Assembly: GCF_009914755.1 (NCBI RefSeq)
Contig: NC_060928.1
Source of the DNA: the human T2T-CHM13v2.0 reference genome, Homo sapiens
DNA: 64,000 nt
Reading direction: 5' to 3' (one strand)
Part shown: positions 24,833 to 37,479 of the stretch, piece by piece
How positions within the stretch are numbered: position 1 is the stretch's first letter
Layout of the letters: each line of letters opens with the position of its first letter
Program-made: the position numbers and the translations under genes
The notes under the pieces: model-generated
Seen by the model: only the letters and a program-made list of their open reading frames with translations
Told to the model about the DNA's origin: nothing
Database searches by the model: none

Positions 24833-27800
24833 AAATTCATTTTTCTATGATCTTTCTGTTGTCCTTTCAATATATTTCTTTTCTTCTTAAGTTAATGAGA
24901 AAATGTTTCTTTGCTTTACAATGAGGAATCTTGATGAGTATATTGTTATGAAACAACCTTAAAAAGGTCAATAGAATAAAAAGTCCAAACAAATCTTCTT
25001 TATACTATTCTAAAAAGTAGGTTTGTTATGGCCAGAAATGGGATGGTAAGAAGAGGTGTTCTGTAGCTTAGCAGAGAGTAAGAAAAGTGTCAAAAATAAG
25101 AGACTCATCACATGTATATTTAGAAAAGGACTGCTTGTAACATCTATTAACTCACAAGAAGACTTAAGAAAGAGATTTTAGTCAGTGCCTTCTATGTGTT
25201 AAGAAGAGAGTTTGATGGAAAGAATTATGATTCTATAATTAATGCCAAATTTGTTATGTTTCCATCCTGTATTTTGTGTGAAACCTTGGGAATAAATTCT
25301 GACTGCTAAATTCTGACTGCTAAAGTGGTATTGATTTTAAACTTGACTCACCAACTTCACAGGGGTTAATACAGATGTGAAAAATCTTGAGTTATAAGCT
25401 TCCTGCATGCATGAGACTTGTTTTTATTTTGCTGCTCTAGTGTTATTGGTTTTATTACGCAAGGAGAAAGAAGGCAGGGAATTTATGGTCAGGAGATTCC
25501 TGGTCAGGAGGTTCATAGTCAGAAGATCTAGACTGGGTCACAAGAAATGACAGAATTTAAGCATTTGAGCCAGGGAATAAGAATGTGTGTGCTCTGCCTG
25601 TGTTTTCCACATTCATTTTACTCAGCATTGCACTGTCATCTTGCTTAAGAACAATTCAGTAGGTCAGAAACATTGGATTCCAAAGCTGTTAATGGTTTAT
25701 TTTCCATTTCTTGCCTTCGCAATATCTGAAATAAAGTTATATCCCAGATAACTGATGGGAAAACAGGGTTCAAAGCTATAGGATATATGACTCATTTAAC
25801 ATAAAATTATTCAAATTAATGAATTAGCAAATCCTCTTGTGCTTATAATAAGCAAATATAAGTTTTATCTTGTCTATTATAAAAGAAATGTCTAAACATT
25901 AAGTGCAAAACCAAACTAGGCAGCAGGAGAAGGAAATTAGTTATGTTGTTTTTATAATAAGGATTGTAAAACCAATATCTTAGTGAAATTCTCAGAAAGC
26001 TTGATTTAAAAATTTATCAAAATTCGGGAGTTTTTTTGTTTCATTTGGTCTATTTGTCAGTGGTTTGAGGTCTTAGTTCTGCAGCGACATCTTATGGAGT
26101 TGGTTAGTTTGCACAACCATTTAATAATGTCTGCCAGAACTGATCATTGTTCTAACAGATTTGATGCAAATAGGATCCCTGCCTGCGCTTTGAATGTGGA
26201 AGTAATTAAACGGATGCTATGAGGACTTTTATTTTTTTCTCTGTTGGTGCTTATCTAAAATTTCCTTATCATGGCAACTGTATAATTTTTAAGACACTCC
26301 AAAATATGTACTGAGGTCTGAAATTCTCACTACATATTCCAAGTTAGGATAGGAGGGGAGAAGGAAGCTGTTGAATAGTGAAATAAGACAGCAGTAAAAG
26401 ATCACAGTACAGCTGGTGTTTGTTGGCAAGAGTTTCCACTTAAAAATTTGCAGCAGTGCAAGTACCTCAATTATTATTGGCGCTTTTCACTGTTCGTGAT
26501 CACCAGGAGTGAAAAAAAAAGAAAAGAAAAGAAAAGAAAATTGAATTCTTTGAAGCTCAGAGAAGTAAACTGAAAAATTTTTGAGTACCGAAATTTACCC
26601 ATTTCTTCTTCTGATTGTGTTCTTTTGAACAGAACACATTGCATTAAACTCTAGAAAGAAAAAAAGTGACTGTTTTCATATTTTTATGATTGGAGTCACA
26701 TTCTTAAGATCTATAATGTAGATTACAGCACCATTTTGTTATCTGCTAGAAGAAATATAGCTAATCATCTCTAAATTAGTAATGTTACATTTTATTTTGC
26801 TTCCTATTTACTAGTGTGGCACATTTTAATGACAGAAAATTTCCTTGAAGGCAAGAGCTTTACACACAGTAGGATTTCACTCAGTTTTTGCATATATTGA
26901 CCATTGCAGAATACAAACAACTGTTAAGTAATTTCTCCCAAAGACAGGCCATAATAAAGAGGAAAAATATAAACTATATGACACTAAAAATCCTGTTAAT
27001 CTTGATCAATCAGTGAATGAAACACTAATTGTGCCAAACAACACATTCTACCTGAACAAAAGGAGGTAATTGCAGTATGTTTCTATGAATACATAGCAGC
27101 TGTTCTATGCCATTATTATCACTGGTGAGTAAAGATCATGGTGAATCATTGTCTAATATCTTGTGATCTTGCTCACATATAAAAATTGCCAGGGGACTTC
27201 ATTAATTATGATTGCATCTTAAGGGCTCTGGACATTTTCATGAGTGCCACAGGACACCTAGAAAATAATTGCATCTTTTGAGAACCATGTGCCAGTGACA
27301 AGGTAAAGCTCAGGTTGTATATTCCAGAGATTCTCTGGCAAATGAGCATTGCCTGCCTTAATATTCTAAGCCCATCAGTTAGAAAAGGCTGACCCTATGA
27401 CTTAAAATTGCATGCTGCATGATTAGAAAGATAGATAACAATATATTTTAAAGAATTATTTGTACCTCACACATGCCCAACAAGATTGAATGATTTTAAT
27501 TGAATTGAATATTGGTAAATTTGCTAGAAACAGAAAAATAAGAAGTTAAATTTTTTTATTGATGGTGTGAAATATGATGACTTTTATTTCAGTTATGTGA
27601 TCTAGAGGTAGCAATCACTCATCCAAATAAGTAGCAGTTGGCAATGTGAAATTGAATATAGGAGAAATGAGAGACAACAGTTATATAGATTTGAAGAAGA
27701 GTGTTAGATAAAATGCACTTTGGTAAATTCTTGAAAGATATATTATAGAAGATCATAAATACTTCATATCCCAAATAGTGGATTAATCCAGACATGGAAA

Positions 27801-27957
27801 TTTTTGTCAAGATGCTATACTTATCTGCTTTGTAATAGCATCACACTGCTAGCTGATTAGTTTGAGATACTCTTTTTCAAACTTGAGCGAGATTCAGTAT
27901 GTTACCATGAGGAACGCTGACTCAGCCTTGAAATACAGTGGTAACTACTGGCAGGAA

Positions 27958-28562
27958 TGTCAGAGGCGTTTGAGTAAGAGCAACTCTATCTTGAATAGGG
28001 GCTGGGTAAAGTGAGGCTGAAACCTACTGGGCTGCATTCTCAGGAGGTTAGGCATTCTAAGTCACAGAATGAGATAGAAAGTCAGGACAAGATACAGGTC
28101 ATAAGCACCTTGCTTATAAAACAGGCTGCATTAAAGGGGCTGGCCAAAACCTACCAAAATCAAGATGGTGATGAAAGTGACCTCTGGTCATCCTCACTGC
28201 TCATTATATGCTAATTATAATATATTAGCATGCCAAAAGACCCTCCCACCAGAGTCATGACAGTTTACAAATGCCATGGCAATTTCTGGAAGCTACACTA
28301 TATTGTCTAAAAGGGGGAGGAACCCTCAGTTCTGAGAATTGGTTACCCCTTTCCTGGAAAACTCATGAATAATTCACCCCTCGTTTAGCATATAATCAAG
28401 AAATAACTAAAAGTATACTCAGTCGAGCAGCCTGTGCCACTGCTCTGCCTATGGAGTAGCCATTCTTTCTTCCTTTACTTTCCTAATAAACTTGAATTCT
28501 CTTTTGTGCCAGGTCCAAGAACCCTCTCTTGAGGTCTGGATCAGGACCCCTTTCTGGTAACA
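27958..28562 (+). mobile_element. MER41B solo LTR (ERV1)
   Basis: tgtcagaggcgtttga...tctggatcaggacccctttctggtaaca; perfect 4-bp TSD GGAA. Confidence 0.92.
28330..28359. promoter_or_regulatory. Tandem GAS (STAT) motifs in MER41B
   Basis: TTCTGAGAA (28330-28338) and TTCCTGGAA (28351-28359) both fit TTCNNNGAA; activity not demonstrated. Confidence 0.6.
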
Positions 28563-29949
28563 GGAATAGAAGACCATAAATACTTCATAGACAAGGCAAC
28601 TTCTCAGTTCAGACTATGAAGCTACTCTACACATAGACGGTAACTGATAGCAACATGAGCATACATCACCAATAGGATACCAATAAAAGCATGCAGACCT
28701 TCGAGGCCTGTAGGTGTTTAAAGTTAAGATTTTAAAATAGAAAGTAATTTATTCCATGTAACTATGTAATTATGGATAACTGGAATTTGCTCCCCTACCC
28801 CTATAAAAAGTACAGAAAAAGATAAATATGCTTAAGATAGCAGACAGAAAATATATTTTTAAAAATAACCAACTTGAAGAAAAACAAGGTTTTACCACTA
28901 ACTTCCTTTTACGGTATAGGTAGATTGAGAGTTTCAGCTTCATCTATTTTTTGAGAAGTGATATAAGATTGAATCAACCGGAGGAAGATGACAGCTTTTT
29001 CTATGCCAAAATATTTTTTAAAGCAAATAGGAAGACAACTGGAAGCAACACACATAAACTGCTGGGTTCCAACATTCTGTTTCTAATTGGCTAATTTCAT
29101 ATTAGCAGTTTTACATCTTTTCTTCTGCTGTGAATCATCATGGGGAAAGAAAACAAGGCAAATGATTTCCTGGCTGAGAAAAACATCTTTGCTTCATTAC
29201 ATAATTTTAATTTGTTCTGGTTTCTATTCTGAACACTGAGAACTCAATAGAGAAAATGTTGCTTTTTAACATATAACTATATGCATTTATATAACTATGT
29301 ACATTTAAAATGTTAAAAAGCCAACTTCCACCCCATCCCGTTGTTTGTCACATTCTGCTTCCCAAGCCTTTCAAAATTAAAGTCTGTGATGCCTGTTAAG
29401 TGCAGATTCAGTCCCATCAATTATTGAGATAGTATTTTCCAGGAAAACATAATATATCAGTAAGCACAGTCTCACTTGAGTAGGGCCTAGAGATAGTCAT
29501 GCAGCCGAAGTCATACTATTTACCTAATTAGATTGGGGTAAGCCACAAGTACTTGTGAAGTGGCTGATACTAAAATATTAACACAAGCTCTAATAAGAGC
29601 TGTCATTTAATATGTATTTATAATATGTAGAAATTCACAGAACATTTTTCTTACTGACAGGGCTGGAAGAACAAAAAATTAAAGTGCTAATCTAGTTATG
29701 AAGAAAAGTCCTTGCTAACAACTAAAATTTTAAGTTGGTCTCAGAAGGCCTACTCACTGGGAATAAGGGAAAACTGGAAATAGATCAGTCCTCCCAGACA
29801 CTAGACCTCCAGTTCCAATTATTTAATCCTTTACTTGATTATAGTGATCATTGCCCTTAGGCTAACACCCTGGCAAAGCAAACTTAATTACACTTCTGAG
29901 GAATATCTCATACAAAACTTCAAATTATCTCTAAATTTTTATATCTCTA

Positions 29950-31440
29950 ATGATTGCCACTCAGCAAAAACAAAACAAAATAATAGAAAAACTAACCAAG
30001 CATATGAGGAAATCAAATCACATCACCACACAGAGAAAACCCAGGTAAGACAGTCACATTAAGATCCAGATAATGGCGATAAGGGTCATGAATTTTAAAT
30101 CAAGTAGTCTCTATGGCTTCACAAATATCAACAAGTTAGAGTAAAAACTTTGATGGAGAACTGGAAGCAATAAAATAAAGCAAATGAAAATTTTATTGTG
30201 AAAATTTATATGTAAGACCTTGAAAGAAGAACTCAAAAGATGGTGTAATAGCAGATTACACTTAGTTGAGGATAGAATTAGTTGCTCTATAGGTCAAAAG
30301 AAAATATTCAGATTGAATTACAGAGGGAAAAAAACGAATGAAATACTGAAACAGTATCATACATATCAAAAATTATAATACTAGAAGTAAAAGAAGTATG
30401 ACTCCTAAAACATTTCATTGATATTTTACTAGACATTATAGCCAGTACCATAAGACAAAAAAAAAAGGATTAAGGAAAAAGTTATAAAAGAGTAATTTTC
30501 ACATATGACATAATATCTTTCATAGAAAATACAAACAATCTATAAGAAAAGTGTTAAGCTTAACACATTATAAAAGATAGGTGCAAGGCCAATTAGAAAA
30601 AAAGGCATAAAAAATTTAAAATGTAATTTAAAATAGATGACTTTTAAATATCATAAAACACCAAATACCTAGGCACAAATGTAACCAACCATAAACACAC
30701 AATATTTCTATGAAAAAAATTTAAAATAATATTGAGAGAATTTTTTAAACGTGCATAAGTTGAAAGACACAATAGAGTCATAGATTGAATACTCATTTTT
30801 CAAAGACATCAATTTTTCACAAACTGATCTATGGTTTTAGTGTAATCTTAAAATTTCTAGTCATTTTAATACAAAAATCAATGTTGATTCAAATTTTATA
30901 TAAAAATATAAAGTGTAACAGAGCAGTATATACTGAAAGAAGAATTAAAGTGTGAGGACTTAATCTGCTAGATCTCAAGGTTTCACAGATAGACACCCTA
31001 AAGCAAGTTTCTCAACCATGTCATGATTGACATTTTGGGGAGAATGATTTTTTGTTTTGGGGAGCTGTCTTATGACTGAAGGATGTTTTTCCACATCTCT
31101 GTCCTCTACCCAGTTATGCATCCACAGTAACCACTCTTTACAGTTGTAACATACATAAATGTCAACAGATGTCAAAATGTCTTCTGGGGAAGGGGAGGAA
31201 TCACCCCTGTTGAGAATCAGTAGAAAACTTCATGCCTATATGTAACAAAAACCATATACAAGAACATTCATAAGTTAATGTCTGTATTAGCCAAAAGCAT
31301 AAACAACCCAAATATTTATAAACATTAGAGGGATCAAATAATTAGTATATTATTATAACTGTACTCCATAAACACTGACACTAAGCTAATTTCAGTTATA
31401 CACAAACATACAAATCTATTCTACTAGCATAATAATTTAT
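29950..31440 (+). mobile_element. Ancient L1M (L1ME-like) fragments
   Basis: A-rich ORF1- and ORF2-like segments (aatagcagattacacttagttgaggatagaattag; aaatacctaggcacaaatgtaacc). Confidence 0.6.
31002..31222. mobile_element. MER20 (hAT-Charlie MITE)
   Basis: tttctcaacc...gttgagaa inverted ends; ttgacattttgggg and cagttgtaac core; ~220 bp. Confidence 0.8.
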
Positions 31441-31845
31441 ATGCCTCGTATTACAATTTCCACTTCCTTTTTGTTCTTTGGTCAACTGTACACAAATTTT
31501 GTCTCCTCTTATAAGCTTAAATTCCTTGGAAGCAAGAACTCTATCTGACAAAACATAATAATTATGTATAATGCAATAGCAAGTGGAGTACCTGATTTTT
31601 TAACACCTAAGAACCTAAATGGAAAAAAAAAAAGAAGTGCTTAGTGTATACATACATACATATAAATGTATGCATTTGTAATTGTTTCTGTTGTATTGCT
31701 TCTAACTTATCCTGAAAAACAAGGGAAATGATCTTTCCTTTATTCCAAATAATAAATGCATGTATACATATGTACTTGTATAATTTTCCAATTCTCCTAC
31801 ATTCAACTGATTAAAGCCATTTTAGTGCATTTAGAAAAAATAATA

Positions 31846-31975
31846 GGCTGGGTGTGGTGGCTCATGCCTGTGATCTGAGCACATTGGGAGGCCAACGTGG
31901 CTGGATGGCTTGATGCCAGGAGTTTGATACCAGCCTGGATGATATAGCAAGACTCCATCTCTATATTTTAAAAAA
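31846..31975 (+). mobile_element. FLAM / Alu left monomer
   Basis: Single Alu arm; aaaataata on both sides. Confidence 0.8.
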
Positions 31976-32039
31976 TAGACAAAATAATATTACTTCTTTG
32001 AGAAAGGTATTTGCTTTTCATTGTGATCTGGTTGAAATT

Positions 32040-32640
32040 ATAATAATCATTGTTATGAACTGTCATATGTGTATACTGTGTTGAGCACATACATGTAGTA
32101 TTTTACTCTTCCAACCCATAAAGTCATGATACAGTACTATTATACATCATCTTTTTAAGATGAGGACACTGAGAAAATGACCATATTAATAGACACACAG
32201 TGAGAAAGAGTGTACCTGGAATATGAAGCCAAACCATTTAGCACCAAAGTACTTGTTCATGACCAGGACACTGTACTCTCTCTTCTGCTGAGAAGGCTTC
32301 TAATCTCCCCTGTGACTCTGAATAGTGTTTTCACAGAGAGGTGTTCATATACAATTAAATTACATAATGTGAACAAAGAACAAGACTTTCGAATAAGCAT
32401 TGTCAATAAAAGTTCATTCTACTTCCCAAAATTCAGAACCACCATTACTGAGTAACAATTTAATATTAATCAAGCAAACATCACGTGAACTTTAGACATT
32501 TAACTTTTACACTCCTGTGAGATAAGCAGTGTAATCACCACATTATGGATAGTGAGACTGATACTAAAAATACTAAGTAAATTGTTCAAGAGTATAAAGA
32601 TGATAAGTGGCAGAGGCAAGTTTTGAAACTAAGCTTATTA
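32040..32640 (-). mobile_element. Two degenerate MIR fragments (~32040-32280 and ~32500-32640)
   Basis: tttttaagatgaggacactgag; gataagtggcagaggcaagttttgaaactaag. Confidence 0.5.
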
Positions 32641-32899
32641 TACTATATTATACTATAGCTAGGAAACTTTTCAATATGCCCCACTGCCCTACCTGGTAGG
32701 AATGAGCTCATAATAAGATAGAAAAATATGAAAAGCAGTTTTTCTGGAGGTGATTATATCTACCATGAGCAAAAAAGGTATCAGTCAGTGACATCATTTG
32801 ATTTTGAAGAAGAAAGAGAACGGAAAAAGGTTGTAAACATCAAGATTATTAATTTGTAATCCATTTCAGATATGATCCTAGAACTTAAAAAATAACTTC

Positions 32900-33765
32900 T
32901 ATATTAGGATTCTCTGGAGGGAGAGAACTAATAGGATAGATATACGTGTACATATATATATAAAAGGATGTATATGTATATAATAGGATATATACATATA
33001 TAAACTTATACAATAAATACATATAAATATATATTATAATATAAATATATATTTAAATATTCATAATATATATTTATAATATTATACATTATTTTATATA
33101 TAAATTTATATTTAAATATTCATAATATATATTTATATATTATATATTTATATTATGTAAATATATATTCAAATATTCATAATATATATTTCTAATATAA
33201 TATATATTTATATTATATATAAATTTATATATTTATTGTGAAGTTTAATACTCCTTAATAAACGCCCATATATATATATATATCTATATATCCTATTATA
33301 TACATATATATCCTGTTATATATATATGGGAGTTTATAAGGAGTATTAAACTTACACAATCAAAAGATCCCACAATAGGCCATCTTACACAATCAAAAGA
33401 TCCCACATTAGGCCATCTTACACAATCAAAAGGTCCACAGTAGGCCGTCTGAAAGCTGAGGAGCAAGGAAGCCAGTCCAAGTTCCAAAGCTGAAGAACTT
33501 CAAGACCAATCAAGAGCAGGAAGCATCCAGCTTAGGAGAAAGATGTAGGCTGGGAGGCTAAGCCAGTCTAGTCTAGTCTTTTCACGTTATTCTGCCTGCT
33601 TTATATCCTAGTGCCACTGGCAGCTGACTAAATGGTACCCACCCAGACTAAGAGTAGATCTGCCTTTCCTAGCCCACTAAGACAAATTTTAATATCCTTT
33701 GGCAACACCCTCACAGATATACCTGGGATCAATGCTTTGCATCCTTCAATCCAATCAAGTTGACA
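32900..33765 (-). mobile_element. HERV-L 3' LTR (MLT2A1), lacking its first 19 nt
   Basis: Aligns with 39616-40007; ctcagtattaaccatcaca is absent. Confidence 0.9.
32940..33327. repeat. Expanded TA-rich minisatellite within the LTR
   Basis: atatatt(t/c)aaatattcataatatatattt recurs at ~57-60-bp spacing. Confidence 0.9.
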
Positions 33766-34166
33766 TTATTAGATAAAATTAACAATGATTAAAGGCTGAT
33801 ATGAAGTAAATAAATCTTAGGTCACATGATAAAGCAAAAAGGAAATACAATGAAAATATTTTCTAAGTAGAAGTGTATACATGAACAACATATTTTAACA
33901 AAAGGAGGAGAAAATACTTATGATAGTTACAGTCCTCATTTCTACAGCTGGTCATGTTGTCATAGCTGGTATTGATGACTACTGTTTTCTACTCCCCATT
34001 CTGTATTCCCTTTGCCGTCAGCAAGTACCTCAGCAGGTCATGTTTTTTTTTTTCCTGGTGGAGTTACCCCAACCTTTCTCCCTGAAGGGTCTGGGCCATC
34101 TGTAGTCCTGCCTGAATTGGGCTGTTGTAGTTTCCCATTGACCTTAATCACAGGGCATGGTAATAC

Positions 34167-35227
34167 TCAGAGATGCCCTAATGGATCTCCTGTATTCCAT
34201 GCATACTCTTCCTTACCTCCCTTGTGGAGTAGTAGACTGATTTTATCTTGGTAGTTCATGTCAATCCCACCAGCCAACACTTTAACTCCTTTCTTAGCCT
34301 GTTGACTTAAAGGTAGGAGGATCCCAAAGTGTCCAGAAAGCAATCTTAACTTCAGGTTTAATGAAATTGTTGTTGTGTCTCCTAGTGGCAGCATTTCTCC
34401 CTCTAGAACTAAGACCTCTAGGCCAGCAGAATGTAATGTCATGGGAACAGGAAGCAAAAATTTTACTAGTGGATCACTAGGGGTGATGGTGAGTGGTGCC
34501 ACTTCCATTTCCACCCTTTGATTCCTGGACTTGTGAATCCTGGCTATGAGAAAAAATGTATCATATATTGGATGCTGATTCAGAGTATACACAGCCCTCT
34601 GAAAAACTTTGCCCCAGCCCTGTAAAGTATTGCCACCTAGTTGGCATTGTAATAGTGACTTCAAAAGGCCATTCCACTGTTGTATCATTCCAGCTGCTTC
34701 AGGATGATGGGGAATATGGTAAAACTAGTGAAGTCTATGGGCATGAGCCTACTGCCACGCTTCTTTAGCCATATAGTGAGTGCCTTTGTCAGAGGCAATG
34801 CTGTGAGGAATACCATGTCAGCGGATGAGGCATTCCACGAGTCCATGGATGGTAGTCTTGGGAAAAGCACTGGATGCAGGATAGGCAAGCCCATATCCAC
34901 AGTAAGTGTCTATTTCAGTGAGGACAAACTCCTGCCCTTTCATTATGGAAGAGGTACAATATAATCAACCTTCCACCAGGTTGCTGGCTGATTACCCTGA
35001 GGAATGGTGCCATATTGAGGGCTCAGTGTTAGTCTCTGCTGCTGGTAAACTGAGCATTCACCAATGGCCATAACCAGGTTAGCCTTGGTGAGTGGAAGTC
35101 CATGTTTCTGATCCCATGCATAACCTACATTCCTGCCATCATGGTCACTTTGTTCATGGGTCCATTGGGTGATGACGGGGTGGCTGAGGAAAGAGGCTGA
35201 GTGGTGTCCACAGAAAGCATCATTCAA
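34167..35227 (-). pseudogene. HERV-L integrase and dUTPase remnants
   Basis: WTHEQSDH...ECSVYQQ zinc-finger relic, WWKVDYIVPLP core, then SAGLEVLV...GHFGILLP...AGGIDMNYQDKI dUTPase motifs; frameshifted. Confidence 0.88.
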
Positions 35228-36839
35228 TCCACTTGAATATTAAAATCCTCCTCTGCTGAGATCACCCACTGGTGAGGACTCCCATGGGATACAATTATTT
35301 TCACAGTTTTTGTCCACTGAGAGAGGTCCATCTACATACCTCTTCCTCAAATTTCTTTGTCACCAATTTTCCAATCATGCTTTTTCCAAGCCCCTGACCA
35401 TCCAGTCAAACCACTGGCTACAGCCCATGAATCAGTATGTAATCACACATCTGGCCATTTCTCCTTGCAGGCAAAATGCACAACCATGTGCACTGCTTCT
35501 AGTTCTGCCCACTAGGAAGATTTCTCTTCACTGCCATCCTTCAGGGATGTCCTAGAAAGGGGATGTAGTGTTGCAGCCGCCCACTTTTGGGTGGTGCCTG
35601 CATATCATGCTCAATCATCTGTGGACTAGTCCCTAGTCTTCTTTTCCTCTGTCATCTGATCTTAGTAAACTCCCCATGAGGCCATTGTGCAGGCTGGGAG
35701 AGAGAAGGCAGGGTGGCAGGAGTGGAGACCATGGGCATTTGAGCAACTTTCTCGTTTAATTTACTTGTGCCTTCAGGACCTACTCGAAACCAATCATGTA
35801 TATAACACTTTTATTTGATGATGGAACACTGCTGTGCACAACCAACTTTATGGCTAGATAGGCCAGAAAGCATCCAGTTCATGATAGGTAGTTCAGGTTG
35901 CATGTTGACTTGAGGACCCACAGTCAAACGTTCAGTTTCCACCAAAGCCCAATAGCAGGCCAAGAGCTGTCTCTCAAAAGGAGAGCAGTTACCTGCAGAA
36001 GATGGCAGGGCCTTGCTTCAAAATCCTAGAGGCTTCCACTATGATTCATCTATGGGGCCTGCCAAAGACTCCAAACAGCATCCCTATCTGCCACTGACAC
36101 TTCAAGCACCATTGGATCTTCTGGGTCATAGGGCCCAAGTGGCAGAGCAGCCTTCACAGCAGCTTGACCTGTTGGAGAGCCTTCTCCTGTTCTGGACTCC
36201 ACTCAAAACTGGCGGCCTTTTGAGTCACTTAACAAATGGGCCTGAGTAACACACCCAAATGAGGAATGTGTTGCCTCCAAAATCCAAATAGGACCTCTAG
36301 GTGTTGTGTCTCTTTCTTGGTTGTAGGAGGGACCAAATGCAGCAACATATTCTACACCTTAGAAGGAATATCTCGACAGGCCACTGGACCCCTAGAAATT
36401 TTACTTAGGTAGAAGATCCTTGAATTTATTTTCCATCCTCTGGCATGCAAATGTCTCATAATAAGTCTAGTATGTTTGCTACTTCTTGCTCACTGGAACC
36501 AATCAGCATAATGTCATCAATGTAATGGACCAGTGTGATATCTTGTGGAAGGGAAAAGTGATCAAAATCTCTCAGAATAGGATTATGACACAAAGCTGGA
36601 CAGTTGATATGCACCTGAGGTAGGACAGTAAAGGTATATTCCTGGCCTTGCCAGCAGAAGACAGATTGCTTCTGGTGGGCCTTATGGACAGGAATGGAGA
36701 AAAAGACATTTGCCAAGTCAATGGCTGCATACCAGATACCAGGAGATGTGTTAATTTGCTCAATGAATGAAACCACATCTGGTACAGCAGCTGCAATTGG
36801 AGTCACCACTTGGTTAAGCTTATGATAATCCACTGTCAT
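35228..36839 (-). pseudogene. HERV-L reverse transcriptase / RNase H remnants
   Basis: ORF 36456..36839: [32 protein letters not shown]; followed by stops and frameshifts. Confidence 0.9.
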
Positions 36840-36842
36840 TCT

Positions 36843-37439
36843 TCAAGATCCATCTGTCTTCTGCTCAGGCCAAACAGGAGAGTTGAACTGGGATGACGTG
36901 GGAATCACGACACCAGCATCTTTCAAGTCCTTGATGGTGGCACTAATCTCCACAATCCCTCCAGGGACACGAAATTGTTTTTGGTTTACTATTTTTCTAG
37001 GTAAAGGCAGCTCTAATGGCATCCATTTGGCCTTTCCCACCATAATAGCCTTCATCCTACCAGTCAGGGAGCCAATGTGGGGGTTCTTCCAGTTGTTAAG
37101 TATGTCTATGTGAATTGTGCATTCTAGCAATGGGGAAATGACCATAGGATGAGTCCAGGGACCCACTGGACCCACTGTAAGTTGGACCTGAGCTAAAACT
37201 TCATTAATTACCTGATCTCCATAAGCCCCTACTTTAACTGGAGGACCACAATGATGTTTTGAGCCTCCTGAAATCAGCATCAGCTCAGAGTCAGTGGCCA
37301 GCAGTCCCCAAAATGTCTGATCATTTCCCTTTCCCCAATGCACAGTTACCCTTGTAAAAGGCTGGAAGTTTCCTTGGGGAAGAATGGGAGAAAGATTAAC
37401 AGCATAAATTATCAGTGGTGTAGTGAGGTCCTTCCTCAA
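36843..37439 (-). pseudogene. HERV-L protease and RT N-terminus
   Basis: FTRVTVHWGKGNDQTFWGLLATDSELMLI; the catalytic DTG is altered to ATD. Confidence 0.88.
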
Positions 37440-37479
37440 AGGGACCTGGCCTCTCCCTCACTCAAGGGGTTCTGGGTCT

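Noticed and set aside
25295-25530. Short tandem units (14 bp x2 near 25300; 15 bp x3 near 25490)
   Set aside because: Ordinary slippage duplications, too short to imply function
33351-33450. 33-bp direct repeats as a CRISPR array
   Set aside because: Head-to-tail with no spacers, inside an LTR, in a primate genome, with no cas genes
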